In this document: positions 40,052 to 48,622 of the stretch, one piece after another | Position numbering within the stretch: position 1 is the stretch's first letter | How the letters are laid out: the number at the start of each line of letters is the position of its first letter | Source: an uncultured bacterium | Lineage (GTDB): Bacteria; Patescibacteriota; JACMRA01 | Reading direction: 5' to 3' | Length of the DNA: 64,000 nt | Assembly: GCA_963704645.1 (NCBI GenBank) | Contig: OY969926.1 | Location: forward strand, 1,202,569 to 1,266,568 | Program-made: the position numbers and the translations under genes | The notes under the pieces: model-generated | Told to the model about the DNA's origin: nothing | The model's input: the letters and a program-made list of their open reading frames with translations, nothing else | Databases searched by the model: none

Positions 40052-40231
40052 ATGTCTAGACACTGTATTTTCTGTTATTCAATTGAAGTTATTAAGAAAG
40101 GAAAACAGTCTGGAAGACAGAAATATTTCTGTAGAAATTGTAACAAATACTTTCAATCCAAACCTCAAAAATCTCGTAAGGTTGATTCTATTGTTAATGC
40201 CTTAACTTTTAAAAAAATTACTCAGATTTAG
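40052..40231 (+). CDS. IS orfA: Zn-ribbon DNA-binding protein (59 aa)
   Basis: 'MSRHCIFCYSIEVIKKGKQSGRQKYFCRNCNKYFQ' contains CxxC...CxxC, as in InsA-type or IS1595-type N-termini. Too short to appear in the ORF track. Confidence 0.7.
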   Translation: MSRHCIFCYSIEVIKKGKQSGRQKYFCRNCNKYFQSKPQKSRKVDSIVNALTFKKITQI

Positions 40232-40983
40232 ATCTAAATAATAAGACTGTTCGTAAAATTGTAGATGAATATGAAGTTAAATTTACTCAGGTAGAGCCAA
40301 GTATAATTAACCTAGTCTGTGACTGTACCTTCTTTAGAAAAAGAAAAGATAAAGATGGTTTAATAATATTCTTTGATTCAATTACAGGAAAAGTATTATG
40401 GCATAAGTTTATACAATCTGAAACTAAGTCTAATTATTTAGAAGGATTAAACTACATACTCCAGAAGGGTTTTAAAATACAATCTGTAACCTTAGATGGA
40501 AGAAAAGGTATTCCAGAGGTATTTAGAGATTATCCAGTCCAAATATGTCAGTTTCATATACAAAAGAGAATAAGCACTTTAATTACAAAGAATCCTAGAA
40601 CAATAGCTGGAAAAGAACTTAACCAAATAAATAACTTATTCATTAAAAACAAATTAACAGAACAGAGATTAGGTAAAACTCTGGCTTTATACACAAAAAG
40701 AAACCAAGACTTTCTAAGCCAAAGAAATGAACAAGGACAATACCTACATAGTAGAATAATTACAGCTTTAAAAACATTCAAAAGAAATATGAATAGATTG
40801 TTTGCTTTTCAAGAATACCCAACTCTTAATATCCCTAATACAACCAATCATATTGATGGAGGAATAAATACTAAATTAAAAGATTTAAATAGAAGGCATA
40901 GAGGAATGAGACAAGATAGAAGGAATAAACTTCTCACCAATTTATTGTATAATTTGAAGGGCGAAAAGGTTAGAAATATATAA
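40213..40983 (+). CDS. IS orfB (-1 frame relative to orfA): transposase catalytic part, expressed as an orfAB fusion by -1 slippage on A7 (40211-40217)
   Basis: The frame is open from 40213 to the TAA at 40981, with no ATG before 40789. Motifs include 'VCDCTFF', 'FFDSITGKVLW', 'SVTLDGRKGIPEVF', 'VQICQFHIQKR' and 'TTNHIDGGINTKLKDLNRRHRG'. The spacing resembles IS1 InsB. Confidence 0.65.
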   Translation, partial: KNYSDLDLNNKTVRKIVDEYEVKFTQVEPSIINLVCDCTFFRKRKDKDGLIIFFDSITGKVLWHKFIQSETKSNYLEGLNYILQKGFKIQSVTLDGRKGIPEVFRDYPVQICQFHIQKRISTLITKNPRTIAGKELNQINNLFIKNKLTEQRLGKTLALYTKRNQDFLSQRNEQGQYLHSRIITALKTFKRNMNRLFAFQEYPTLNIPNTTNHIDGGINTKLKDLNRRHRGMRQDRRNKLLTNLLYNLKGEKVRNI

Positions 40984-41013
40984 TTTCAGGTGATAGTTTT
41001 TGGTTATTAACTC

Positions 41014-41021
41014 AAAAATTA
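41014..41021. repeat. Target-site duplication (right), AAAAATTA
   Basis: See the partner at 39948-39955. Confidence 0.7.
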
Positions 41022-41179
41022 GTAAGAGAAATAAATTAGCAATGAAAGACGCTTTGTCCTTTATCTATAAGTATTAATAGATAATAGTGTAGACAAAAAG
41101 TTAAGTTTAAAAATGCCAAGTTTTACAAATTAAATTAATAATTTTGAATAGAAATTGGATAATTATTTATACAGGCCAG

Positions 41180-41920
41180 TTATACTTTACTACAATCCCA
41201 TTCATCAATAAACCCTTTTTTAAAGTATGCTAAAGTACTGGGACTTACATAGTCTACCCCAATTTTTGGATTGTTAATTTGATCTTCATAGTATAGTATA
41301 CTTTTAGCCAGATTTTCTTCGCAGATTTTAATTCTTTCTTCTTTTGGTAGAGCATTAAAGGCTGCTGTATTTTTATCCAACTGTTCATTTTTAGCTTGTT
41401 CAGCTAGTACTTTTTGTAGTTTATCTGGAGGTAGGTTTAGGCCTGGATCGTTAACAATATTTACTTTGTCAGGATTTTGTTTATACACATCATATTTTTT
41501 AGCTATTTCTATTGCGTTCTCATAAGTATAGGTTATGGAATAAGATATTATTGATTCTTGAACTGTAAATTCAAATAGGCCTGTTCTTTTAAGATAAAAT
41601 GTTTCCCATTGCACTCTTGATACATTTGCAGGTGTTAGCTCTTTTAAAAGAACAAACGTTGTAACAGGATTCATTAAATCATATTTTGTTAAGACAAACT
41701 GCTTTTTAGAATTATTTTTTATTGCAAATTCAGTTACAGTTCCTGCCCTTCTTGAGTCTCCCTTTTCCCAATATTTCATTGTGGCATCTTGTATTTTAGA
41801 AACATCATATTGGTATGCAAAGTAACCTCCTATCGCTACAATAGCTATTAAGGAGAGTATTGAGATTATTAAGTTTTTTCTTGTGATTAGTTTGGTGATT
41901 GTTGTTTTAAACATAATCAT
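41180..41920 (-). CDS. Membrane-anchored hypothetical protein; paralog of 43130-43654 with a C-terminal extension
   Basis: The ATG at 41920 (MIMFKTT...) is preferred over the listed TTG at 41944. 'LKRTGLFEFTVQES' and 'AIEIAKKYDVYKQNPDKVNIV' parallel 'LKRTSLFSFEVES' and 'AVSIAQKYDLSKENPDPANITV' in the 174-aa protein. Confidence 0.55.
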   Translation of the reverse strand: MIMFKTTITKLITRKNLIISILSLIAIVAIGGYFAYQYDVSKIQDATMKYWEKGDSRRAGTVTEFAIKNNSKKQFVLTKYDLMNPVTTFVLLKELTPANVSRVQWETFYLKRTGLFEFTVQESIISYSITYTYENAIEIAKKYDVYKQNPDKVNIVNDPGLNLPPDKLQKVLAEQAKNEQLDKNTAAFNALPKEERIKICEENLAKSILYYEDQINNPKIGVDYVSPSTLAYFKKGFIDEWDCSKV

Positions 41921-41921
41921 A

Positions 41922-42308
41922 TTACCCGCACTTGGCGTTATCAATTACATATTTGATTGAATCTAAATTGGTCTTATCAGTTTTATTTCCTTCAAAATCT
42001 TGTCCATTTAAAGTTGCTTGATACAAAGCTTTTTGTCTTTCAATTTGCTGTAAACATACCTTCTGTTTTTCTACTTCAGATAAATTATTAAAGTTGTTTT
42101 GCTCTCGCTCTTCATTTAATCTGTTCTGTAGATCTAAATTGGCATCTTCAATTTCTTTTTGAGTTGGAGAAATCCTATTTGTAATTTTAGAAGTATCAGG
42201 GTTATTTGTATTGATATTAAATTGTTTAACTAACTCTACAACTCTATCAAAGTCTAAACCAGTAGTAGGGTTTTGGTTGTCAGTTTGAACTTTCCAATTA
42301 TTTGATTT
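41922..42308 (-). pseudogene. 5'-truncated remnant of a paralog of the 41180-41920 gene
   Basis: A 128-codon open frame bounded upstream by TAG, with no ATG, GTG or TTG start. 'FDRVVELVKQFNINTNNPDTSKI' and 'LSEVEKQKVCLQQIERQKALYQA' align with 'YENAIEIAKKYDVYKQNPDKVNI' and 'LPKEERIKICEENLAKSILYYE' of the neighbour. The TM and core half is missing. Confidence 0.45.
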
Positions 42309-42349
42309 CTATACTAATTAAAGAATTTAAATTCTATATCTTCGGTTTT

Positions 42350-43084
42350 TTAAAATGAATTTTCATTATTTTGAATCATATTTACAGCGAAATTAGCATA
42401 GTAAACAAAGCCTTCTTTTCTTTCCCCTTTTGAATTTTGACTAGCTATATCGTCATAATATGGAGCAAATAGTAGAAATTTATCTGAATTACTTTCAACT
42501 TTGGTAGATTTGCTTATATAATTCAACAATACATCCCTATCTGCTAACCTATAGTTTACAAGCTTTTCATTAAAAGGCTTTACTTGCCCCAGCTCAATAT
42601 TATGTGTGGGAATAGGATCGTCCATTATTATTACCTGACCTTGAGCGAATCCAGGTGTAATAAAATCATAATTATATAATGAATTCAGACACTCTTTTAA
42701 GGTTGGCTGATACACAAAACCAAGCTTTAAACCATTTACTTTCCAATCTAAGCTAAATATATTTTCACGACTTACTTGTACATATGCAAACCTAACAACA
42801 CTCAATCCTACACCTAGCTGATAGCCATTAAAAACCACAACATAAGTACTTTTCAATGGATTTAGCCTGTCCTTTTCAGTATCTTTTGTGAAAATTTCAT
42901 TTGGCAGTGATTTATCTATTTGGCTTCTAAGTTCATTAAAATTTATATGTTCAGAATTTTCTATATAGACAAACTCATTATTAATAGTTGAATTAACGGC
43001 ATTTATTTTAGGTAGGAACACAGCCAGGAAAATAATTAATCCACAAAGGATTGTGTTGGAAATATATTTTAAGAGTTTTTTCAT
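42350..43084 (-). CDS. Secreted/membrane-anchored hypothetical protein (244 aa)
   Basis: N-terminal signal-anchor 'ILCGLIIFLAVFLPKINA'. No motif recognised. Confidence 0.5.
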   Translation of the reverse strand: MKKLLKYISNTILCGLIIFLAVFLPKINAVNSTINNEFVYIENSEHINFNELRSQIDKSLPNEIFTKDTEKDRLNPLKSTYVVVFNGYQLGVGLSVVRFAYVQVSRENIFSLDWKVNGLKLGFVYQPTLKECLNSLYNYDFITPGFAQGQVIIMDDPIPTHNIELGQVKPFNEKLVNYRLADRDVLLNYISKSTKVESNSDKFLLFAPYYDDIASQNSKGERKEGFVYYANFAVNMIQNNENSF

Positions 43085-43129
43085 TAGGCTAATTTAATTT
43101 TAAGAATTAATTTTAATTACTGTATTTTG

Positions 43130-43654
43130 CTATTTACTTTCTGAACTACCTTGGCTTGGAATAGTAACACCTTCTGAACCTACATATTGTCTGCCTGAAG
43201 AGGGCTGAAGTGTAGCAAAAACTGTAATATTGGCAGGATCAGGGTTTTCTTTAGAAAGATCGTACTTTTGAGCAATGGATACGGCTTCGGAGAAGGGCTT
43301 TTTTACTTCAAAAGGAGTGTATGATTCAACTTCAAAACTAAAAAGTGAGGTTCTTTTAAGAGTAATTAATTCGATATAGGAGTATTCTTGGTTGTTTGAA
43401 TATATTAAGCAGTATTTAGGATTAATCATATCAAAAGTTGTAAATACTATTTCAGATCTAATACCATTTTCTGAGTAAGTACTCCAACCACCCTTTATTT
43501 TACTGTTTGAGTCTGAAGATAACTTTACCCCATTATTTATTTCATCAATTATACTAGTTTTTGGAATAGTATAAACCGGTAAAATAGCTAAAAGAATTAT
43601 AGCAAATATTACTATAAATGCTATAAGTGTAGGGATGATTTTTGATTTGTTCAT
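43130..43654 (-). CDS. Membrane-anchored hypothetical protein (174 aa); paralog of the 41180-41920 gene
   Basis: It has an N-terminal TM helix and the paralogy motifs listed under 41180-41920. Its start is 1 nt after the stop of the upstream 1,188-aa gene, consistent with translational coupling. Confidence 0.55.
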   Translation of the reverse strand: MNKSKIIPTLIAFIVIFAIILLAILPVYTIPKTSIIDEINNGVKLSSDSNSKIKGGWSTYSENGIRSEIVFTTFDMINPKYCLIYSNNQEYSYIELITLKRTSLFSFEVESYTPFEVKKPFSEAVSIAQKYDLSKENPDPANITVFATLQPSSGRQYVGSEGVTIPSQGSSESK

Positions 43655-43655
43655 A

Positions 43656-46600
43656 TTATTTGGAAATGAATGTTTTTTGAAGGAGACCTGAATTTAGGAG
43701 TACTAAATCACTTTGCAGTTTGCTCACGTCTGCTCTCCCTCCATCAATCTCAGCAAAGTCTGTGAAAGCTGAAAAGTTTTGGTCGTAGGTATCTTTCTTG
43801 GAAAGTTGTATTACTGGTTTGTTGTTCTTGCTCACTATTTGGTATCTGTAATTAATACTATTTGGGCCTGAAGTTATTAATCCTATTCTTTCACTGTCGG
43901 CAGAGAAGTTAGGAATATTAGTTATATAAATTGGAAAACCTTTTAACCAATATTCTGTAAGTTCACTAACTCTAGGTGTTTTACCAACTAAGTTTATTCT
44001 ATTGTTTTGTAAATAGGCTAGATATTGAATGTTACTATCTTGAGTGGCATAAATCATTCCATTTACATCTATTGGGTAAACATCATCTATTAGCCTTGTT
44101 CTTGTAAATGTTCCTGCTGCTGTATTGTTTATGGCTAGAAGGCCATTTTGTATTCTTCTATCTCTATACATACTGGTTATACTTTTTACTACACTTCCGT
44201 GGGCTGGGCAAACCGCAGTTGTATCATTTTGCTCTGGAAGGTATACTTGGTAAGCTTCATTTGCTGTGGTTGTAAAGGCATAGCTTCCACAAATTGATCC
44301 ACTTAAATAGCCTCTTCCAACGTAGGCAACTGTTCTTTGAGCCCTGCTTGCAAATGAATTGAATATTCTACCTGTCACATCGTTAGTGGTAAATTGACCT
44401 ATTGGAGCTGTGCTTCTTGGAGGGTCTAGAGCAATTAGCAGTTTAGCTTGGTTGCCAAATTGTGAACTAATTTCAGCAGACATTATTGTTCCCATAGAAT
44501 GGCCCATTAAAAATAGTTTGTCTTTGTTAGTAAATCCCCAATCTGTTAGTTTCTTTTTTATTTGAATAGCAGTTGGTTCAATCCATTTATCTGTATCTGT
44601 TGGGTTTGCAAGACCAGAATTAGCTCCTTGGCTCCAATCTAGGGTAAGTACAATATCTTCAGTTCCATTAACCTCTTTGGTGTTTTGAATTATGGCTGAG
44701 GCTAAATCAGTCATATTATCCCTACTATTATTCATCCCATGACTAACAATCCAAACATTTCTGTTTTGACCTGAAGTTGAATAACTAGCTTTAAGGTTAG
44801 CAGAGTTTCCAGTTATATTAGGATTCTCTATTCGAAGATTGGCTGAGGTATAATTATTGTACCCATCATTCACCGTAAAGTTCTGTTCAATAATATTAGA
44901 GTAACTGTAGGTTATCCACCTACTTCCCCCTGCTACAGTGGTAATGTTACCTGCTTTATCTTTAACAGTAATAGAAAGTTCAATATCTTGGCTTCCTGTA
45001 TTGTATTTAGAAAGTTTGGTTAAATCTAAGTTGGCAGAATACAATGGAATTCCACCTGTGTTGTATGATGTTCCTAAATACTTTAAGGAATTATCGTAGT
45101 AAGCAAAGAAGTCTACACTGGCTATTCCAGATTGAATTGCTCCTTGATCATACGGGTTAGCTGTTACTGTAAAACTATTTCCCACCACACCCATATAGTT
45201 TACTCCTGGTGGAGGATTGGTTATATAACCTGCAGGAGGAGTTTTATCCGTATACTCCCACCGAAGTGCAAAAGCTGCCTGCCCACCATCTTCCCGAAAC
45301 TTAACTTGAAGAAGATACCAACCTTCAGTAAGATATCTGTCTGTTCGAGTTTCAGAACAACACCCAGACTGATTAATTATCCTAGTTCCATCCAATATAA
45401 TTTCAGTTCCGTCATCAGCCTTAGAAATAAAGGTATATGTACTTGCTGGGAAATAATGCATTTTAGTAAAGTAACCAGAGAAGTTATCTGCTGGAAGGGA
45501 GCTTATTCCTGAAGGTGAGTTTAGGTAAGTTCCTGAAAAAGAATTTATTCCTCCTTTAGTTAAGTTTACTGTAGGATTATTATTCCCCCAATTATCATCC
45601 CAAAAGTCCCCTGCTCTAGTTACTGGTTTTACAGGTATACCTGTTTGGAATTTATTTGGGTAGAATTCTACGCACCAGTCTGAAAAGTTATTGTTGGTTT
45701 TACAAGCTAGTTCCCAAGATAAGCTTAGTTTAGCACTTCCTGTTTTTTCTTGGTAATATACTTCCATTATGTGCCAACCTGTTGGTAGATCTATTCTGGT
45801 GTCTGTATCTGCAGCTGGGTTTTCCCATTTATCTAAAATTAGGTTTCCATTAATAACTAATTTCATTCCATCGTCGTAACCTGTATAGAATTTGTAATGA
45901 CCTGAATCAAACCATTGTTTTTTACTAAATTTAGCTGAGAAGTAGTCTGAAGGAGTTATTCCTCCAGGGTTTCCATAACCCCAGTCTTTATTAATGTAAT
46001 CTGTTCTTCCAAGTGAATCTCTAGAAGGATAATAGTTTTCAGAATAAGACATTATTCCAGAATAAGGATTATTGTTGTAATATTGAGCACACCAGTTATC
46101 GTAGGGAAGGGCTGGGTAATTGCATTCATTGTATAAGGGAGTTCCTGTTATGGTAGCTGGTGCGAGCTGAGCTTGGCTCAGCGTCAGTTCCGGCCCGAGA
46201 GGTGTGGCAGTAGTTGTAGGAGAAGTTGTGGGAGACGAGGTAGCTGTGGTTTTTTGAGTAGGAAGTGTAGCGGAAGTAGTAGGTGCCAAAGTAGCGGAGA
46301 CCCCCTGGCCTCCAGAGGCATTGGGTTTTGAGATAGGCGTAGAAGAAGCAATCGGCATCGTAGGGGAGAATCTTGATTCTCCTTGGATGGTAGGGGTATT
46401 AATTACCGGTGTTACAGTGGGAACTTGGGGAAGTGTTGGTGTAGGTATTGTAGGCCTAACAGAATTTTGAGGCTCCGGTCTTTTCCATTCTTCTAGCCTC
46501 TTTTGTTTTTCTTCCTCGGTTATTGGAGTTGGTGTGACAGGTGGTTCTGGATTACTTGGAGGCTCAGGTTCGCCCTCACCTTCACAAATACCCTTCTCTA

Positions 46601-47222
46601 CTTTAAGCACAATATCATTAAAGTCATAGTCTAACCAATCTTCAAAAGAAAGAGAAAATGAATTGTTTCCTAAGTTTACTTGTTTTACTCTACTGGAATC
46701 TGTAGAAAGAATTGTTTTAGGAGATTGCGAGTAAAAGGGAGTTATTTTTAGAATTAGGTCTTGGCCTGAAAGGAAGTTTCCAAGAAGAATAGAATCTGAT
46801 TTTGTAGTAAGGTTATTGTAATTATCTGAAATTAGTTTGTCAGAACCATCTGGATTACCAGCCACTAAATACAATTTACCCCCTGCTCCATCATTACTTA
46901 TTCTTGAAATGTAATAACAGCCTGTGCTTTGGATGGTTAGTTTGTTTGGCGGAGTCTCAGGTGGTTCTTCCTGAGTATCTAAGTCCTCTTGATCTTCTCC
47001 ATTGGAAGAATTAAGTTTAGATTGTCCTGGCTCTTGAGTTTTAGGCCTATCTTTAGCATATTTAATTTTAGCTGGATCATAGTTATTAAAGCTAGTTTTA
47101 GCGTTTGATGATAGTGAAAGTATTGGGTTTAAAAGGGTTAAAATTACTAGAATGAGGGTGATTGGTAAAGAGAGAGGGTTTTTCCAATTGTGTATTAAAG
47201 TCTTTTGTTCTTTGTTTGTCAT
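43656..47222 (-). CDS. Secreted multidomain protein: DUF4114-like, Pro/Thr linker, 2x PA14, Ig-like, alpha/beta-hydrolase (lipase/esterase, GHSMG)
   Basis: 'SFEDWLDYDFNDIVLKV' matches the DUF4114 signature. The two PA14 patterns are 'YFSAKFSKKQWFDSGHYKFYTGYDDGMKLVINGNLILDKW...AKLSLSWE' and 'NFSGYFTKMHYFPASTYTFISKADDGTEIILDG...AAFALRWEY'. 'VWIVSHGMNNS' and 'LFLMGHSMGT' form an oxyanion HG and a GxSxG nucleophile elbow. Confidence 0.75.
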   Translation of the reverse strand: MTNKEQKTLIHNWKNPLSLPITLILVILTLLNPILSLSSNAKTSFNNYDPAKIKYAKDRPKTQEPGQSKLNSSNGEDQEDLDTQEEPPETPPNKLTIQSTGCYYISRISNDGAGGKLYLVAGNPDGSDKLISDNYNNLTTKSDSILLGNFLSGQDLILKITPFYSQSPKTILSTDSSRVKQVNLGNNSFSLSFEDWLDYDFNDIVLKVEKGICEGEGEPEPPSNPEPPVTPTPITEEEKQKRLEEWKRPEPQNSVRPTIPTPTLPQVPTVTPVINTPTIQGESRFSPTMPIASSTPISKPNASGGQGVSATLAPTTSATLPTQKTTATSSPTTSPTTTATPLGPELTLSQAQLAPATITGTPLYNECNYPALPYDNWCAQYYNNNPYSGIMSYSENYYPSRDSLGRTDYINKDWGYGNPGGITPSDYFSAKFSKKQWFDSGHYKFYTGYDDGMKLVINGNLILDKWENPAADTDTRIDLPTGWHIMEVYYQEKTGSAKLSLSWELACKTNNNFSDWCVEFYPNKFQTGIPVKPVTRAGDFWDDNWGNNNPTVNLTKGGINSFSGTYLNSPSGISSLPADNFSGYFTKMHYFPASTYTFISKADDGTEIILDGTRIINQSGCCSETRTDRYLTEGWYLLQVKFREDGGQAAFALRWEYTDKTPPAGYITNPPPGVNYMGVVGNSFTVTANPYDQGAIQSGIASVDFFAYYDNSLKYLGTSYNTGGIPLYSANLDLTKLSKYNTGSQDIELSITVKDKAGNITTVAGGSRWITYSYSNIIEQNFTVNDGYNNYTSANLRIENPNITGNSANLKASYSTSGQNRNVWIVSHGMNNSRDNMTDLASAIIQNTKEVNGTEDIVLTLDWSQGANSGLANPTDTDKWIEPTAIQIKKKLTDWGFTNKDKLFLMGHSMGTIMSAEISSQFGNQAKLLIALDPPRSTAPIGQFTTNDVTGRIFNSFASRAQRTVAYVGRGYLSGSICGSYAFTTTANEAYQVYLPEQNDTTAVCPAHGSVVKSITSMYRDRRIQNGLLAINNTAAGTFTRTRLIDDVYPIDVNGMIYATQDSNIQYLAYLQNNRINLVGKTPRVSELTEYWLKGFPIYITNIPNFSADSERIGLITSGPNSINYRYQIVSKNNKPVIQLSKKDTYDQNFSAFTDFAEIDGGRADVSKLQSDLVLLNSGLLQKTFISK

Positions 47223-47838
47223 AAGTCTTGCACTGAAAATTTGAATGCTTAACTATGCAAATATACTTTATATATGTCAAACTATTTATGTGGTTATTTT
47301 GGAATTAGTTGTTAGTTTTCTAGACAGTGCTTTAATTCTTACCATAAGTATAGCTGTTGAAAGTTAGTAAAGTAGTTTGGTTTATAGCACTAACAACCCT
47401 CCGCACAATTCCCTAATAATATATCTATTCATTTTAAAAATCGGTATTCCCCCCTATTCAAAGCAACCTTAGATTAATTTATTAATTATAATAATAGATA
47501 ATTGATCAATATTTATATTTATTATCTTATAAATTTATAGATAACAATTTTATTATTAAATACTATAGATTATTATTTTGGTAGTTTATTTGTTGGAAAG
47601 TTTTAGTTGGTAGCTTAATTTATTAAACCTTAATATTATTTTTATTTAATACTTGCCCAAATGTTAATTCAAAACAGGACCAATCAAAAGTTCGAAGTGT
47701 GTCCGCAACGGTCTGCCAAAGCCTCACGGCGATTGAGCCAAGTGCTAGTGTTTACACTAAGCATGAGAAAGCTTGAATTTATTTCAAGCGGAAGCGAGGG
47801 GAATTAAACAAAAATACAAACGGTTTTTAATATATAAT

Positions 47839-47865
47839 TGTAGCGGAGGGTTTATCCCTCCATTA
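47839..47865 (+). repeat. GC-rich hairpin element, TGTAG family, copy 4
   Basis: TGTAGCGGAGGGtttatCCCTCCATTA: a 6-bp perfect stem, about 30 nt beyond the 3' end of the HAD gene. Confidence 0.6.
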
Positions 47866-47897
47866 ATAATGGATGAAGTGAGGAAGGAAATAAGGTA

Positions 47898-48587
47898 TTA
47901 CAAATCAAGTAAATCAGCTAATTCAATTAAGTTATTTACCATTGGAAAAATATTACTTTCTTCCTTAGCTTTAAGTAGAACTAAATTGTCTATTCCTGCC
48001 TGTTTTGCTCCTTTAAGGAAGCTAACTTTGTCATCAATAAATAATATTTCTGAGGGCTTGTGTTCCGAGCGATCAATGGCAATTTTATAAATTCTTAAGT
48101 TGGGTTTCTGAACTCCTTCTTCCCACGACAAAATAATATGTTTGAAATATTGATCAATATTATTTAACTTTAATTCAAAATGTCTTCGTGATGGAAGGGC
48201 ATTACTTAAAACACCAAGTTCATATTTTTTGGATAATTTTTCTAAACCTTCTATAACCCCATCTTTTATTCTAAAATCTGCCTTAATACGATATTCGCTT
48301 AGTTTAGTTATTAATTCTTCTGTGTAAGAAATTCCTGAATAATCACACATTCTTCTGTGAAATCTATTAATAATTCTATACTCATCATCAAGTGTTTTAA
48401 TATAGTTAAATTCGTCTGCTTCCTCTTTTTGCAAAGCCACAACTTCCATAACTATTTTGTCATAATTTTCAGGGTTAAATCCTAATTCCCTTGCAATGTT
48501 ATCTCCGTCTTTTGTTCTTCTTTCAAATAATACATCCCCAGCGTCTAGGTAAATAAATTTGGGTTGTTTGATTGTTGGGGTGGGCAT
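47898..48587 (-). CDS. HAD-superfamily hydrolase (YihX-like motif I variant)
   Basis: Motif I is 'FIYLDAGDVLF' (compare E. coli YihX FDLGNVIV). Motif II is 'GVLSNA'. Motif IV is 'ILFIDDKVSFLKGAKQAGI'. Confidence 0.75.
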   Translation of the reverse strand: MPTPTIKQPKFIYLDAGDVLFERRTKDGDNIARELGFNPENYDKIVMEVVALQKEEADEFNYIKTLDDEYRIINRFHRRMCDYSGISYTEELITKLSEYRIKADFRIKDGVIEGLEKLSKKYELGVLSNALPSRRHFELKLNNIDQYFKHIILSWEEGVQKPNLRIYKIAIDRSEHKPSEILFIDDKVSFLKGAKQAGIDNLVLLKAKEESNIFPMVNNLIELADLLDL

Positions 48588-48622
48588 GGTTTGGTGGTGT
48601 TAACCTCTTCATTTAAAGAATT

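Larger units (their letters stand above)
39956..41013 (+). mobile_element. Complete insertion sequence (1,058 bp), two-ORF transposase with A7 frameshift site; IS1-like organisation, family uncertain
   Basis: The 24-bp terminal inverted repeats are perfect: GAGTTAATAACCAAAAACTATCAC at 39956-39979, with its reverse complement at 40990-41013. It is flanked by 8-bp direct repeats. Internally it encodes a Zn-ribbon orfA and a DDE-like orfB. Confidence 0.85.

Noticed and set aside
38777-41021. A prophage or integrative element inserted at tRNA-Trp.
   Set aside because: There is no integrase, no phage structural or replication genes, and no repeat of the tRNA 3' end. Only an IS and orphan genes are present, so it is reported only as a weak island hypothesis.
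47470-47572. Recurrent TAGAT(A/T)A motifs (about 47470, 47495, 47537 and 47565) upstream of the PA14-lipase gene, considered as possible iterons or binding sites.
   Set aside because: The spacing is irregular, and the sequence context is so AT-rich that 7-8-mers like this are expected by chance. No palindromic structure was seen.
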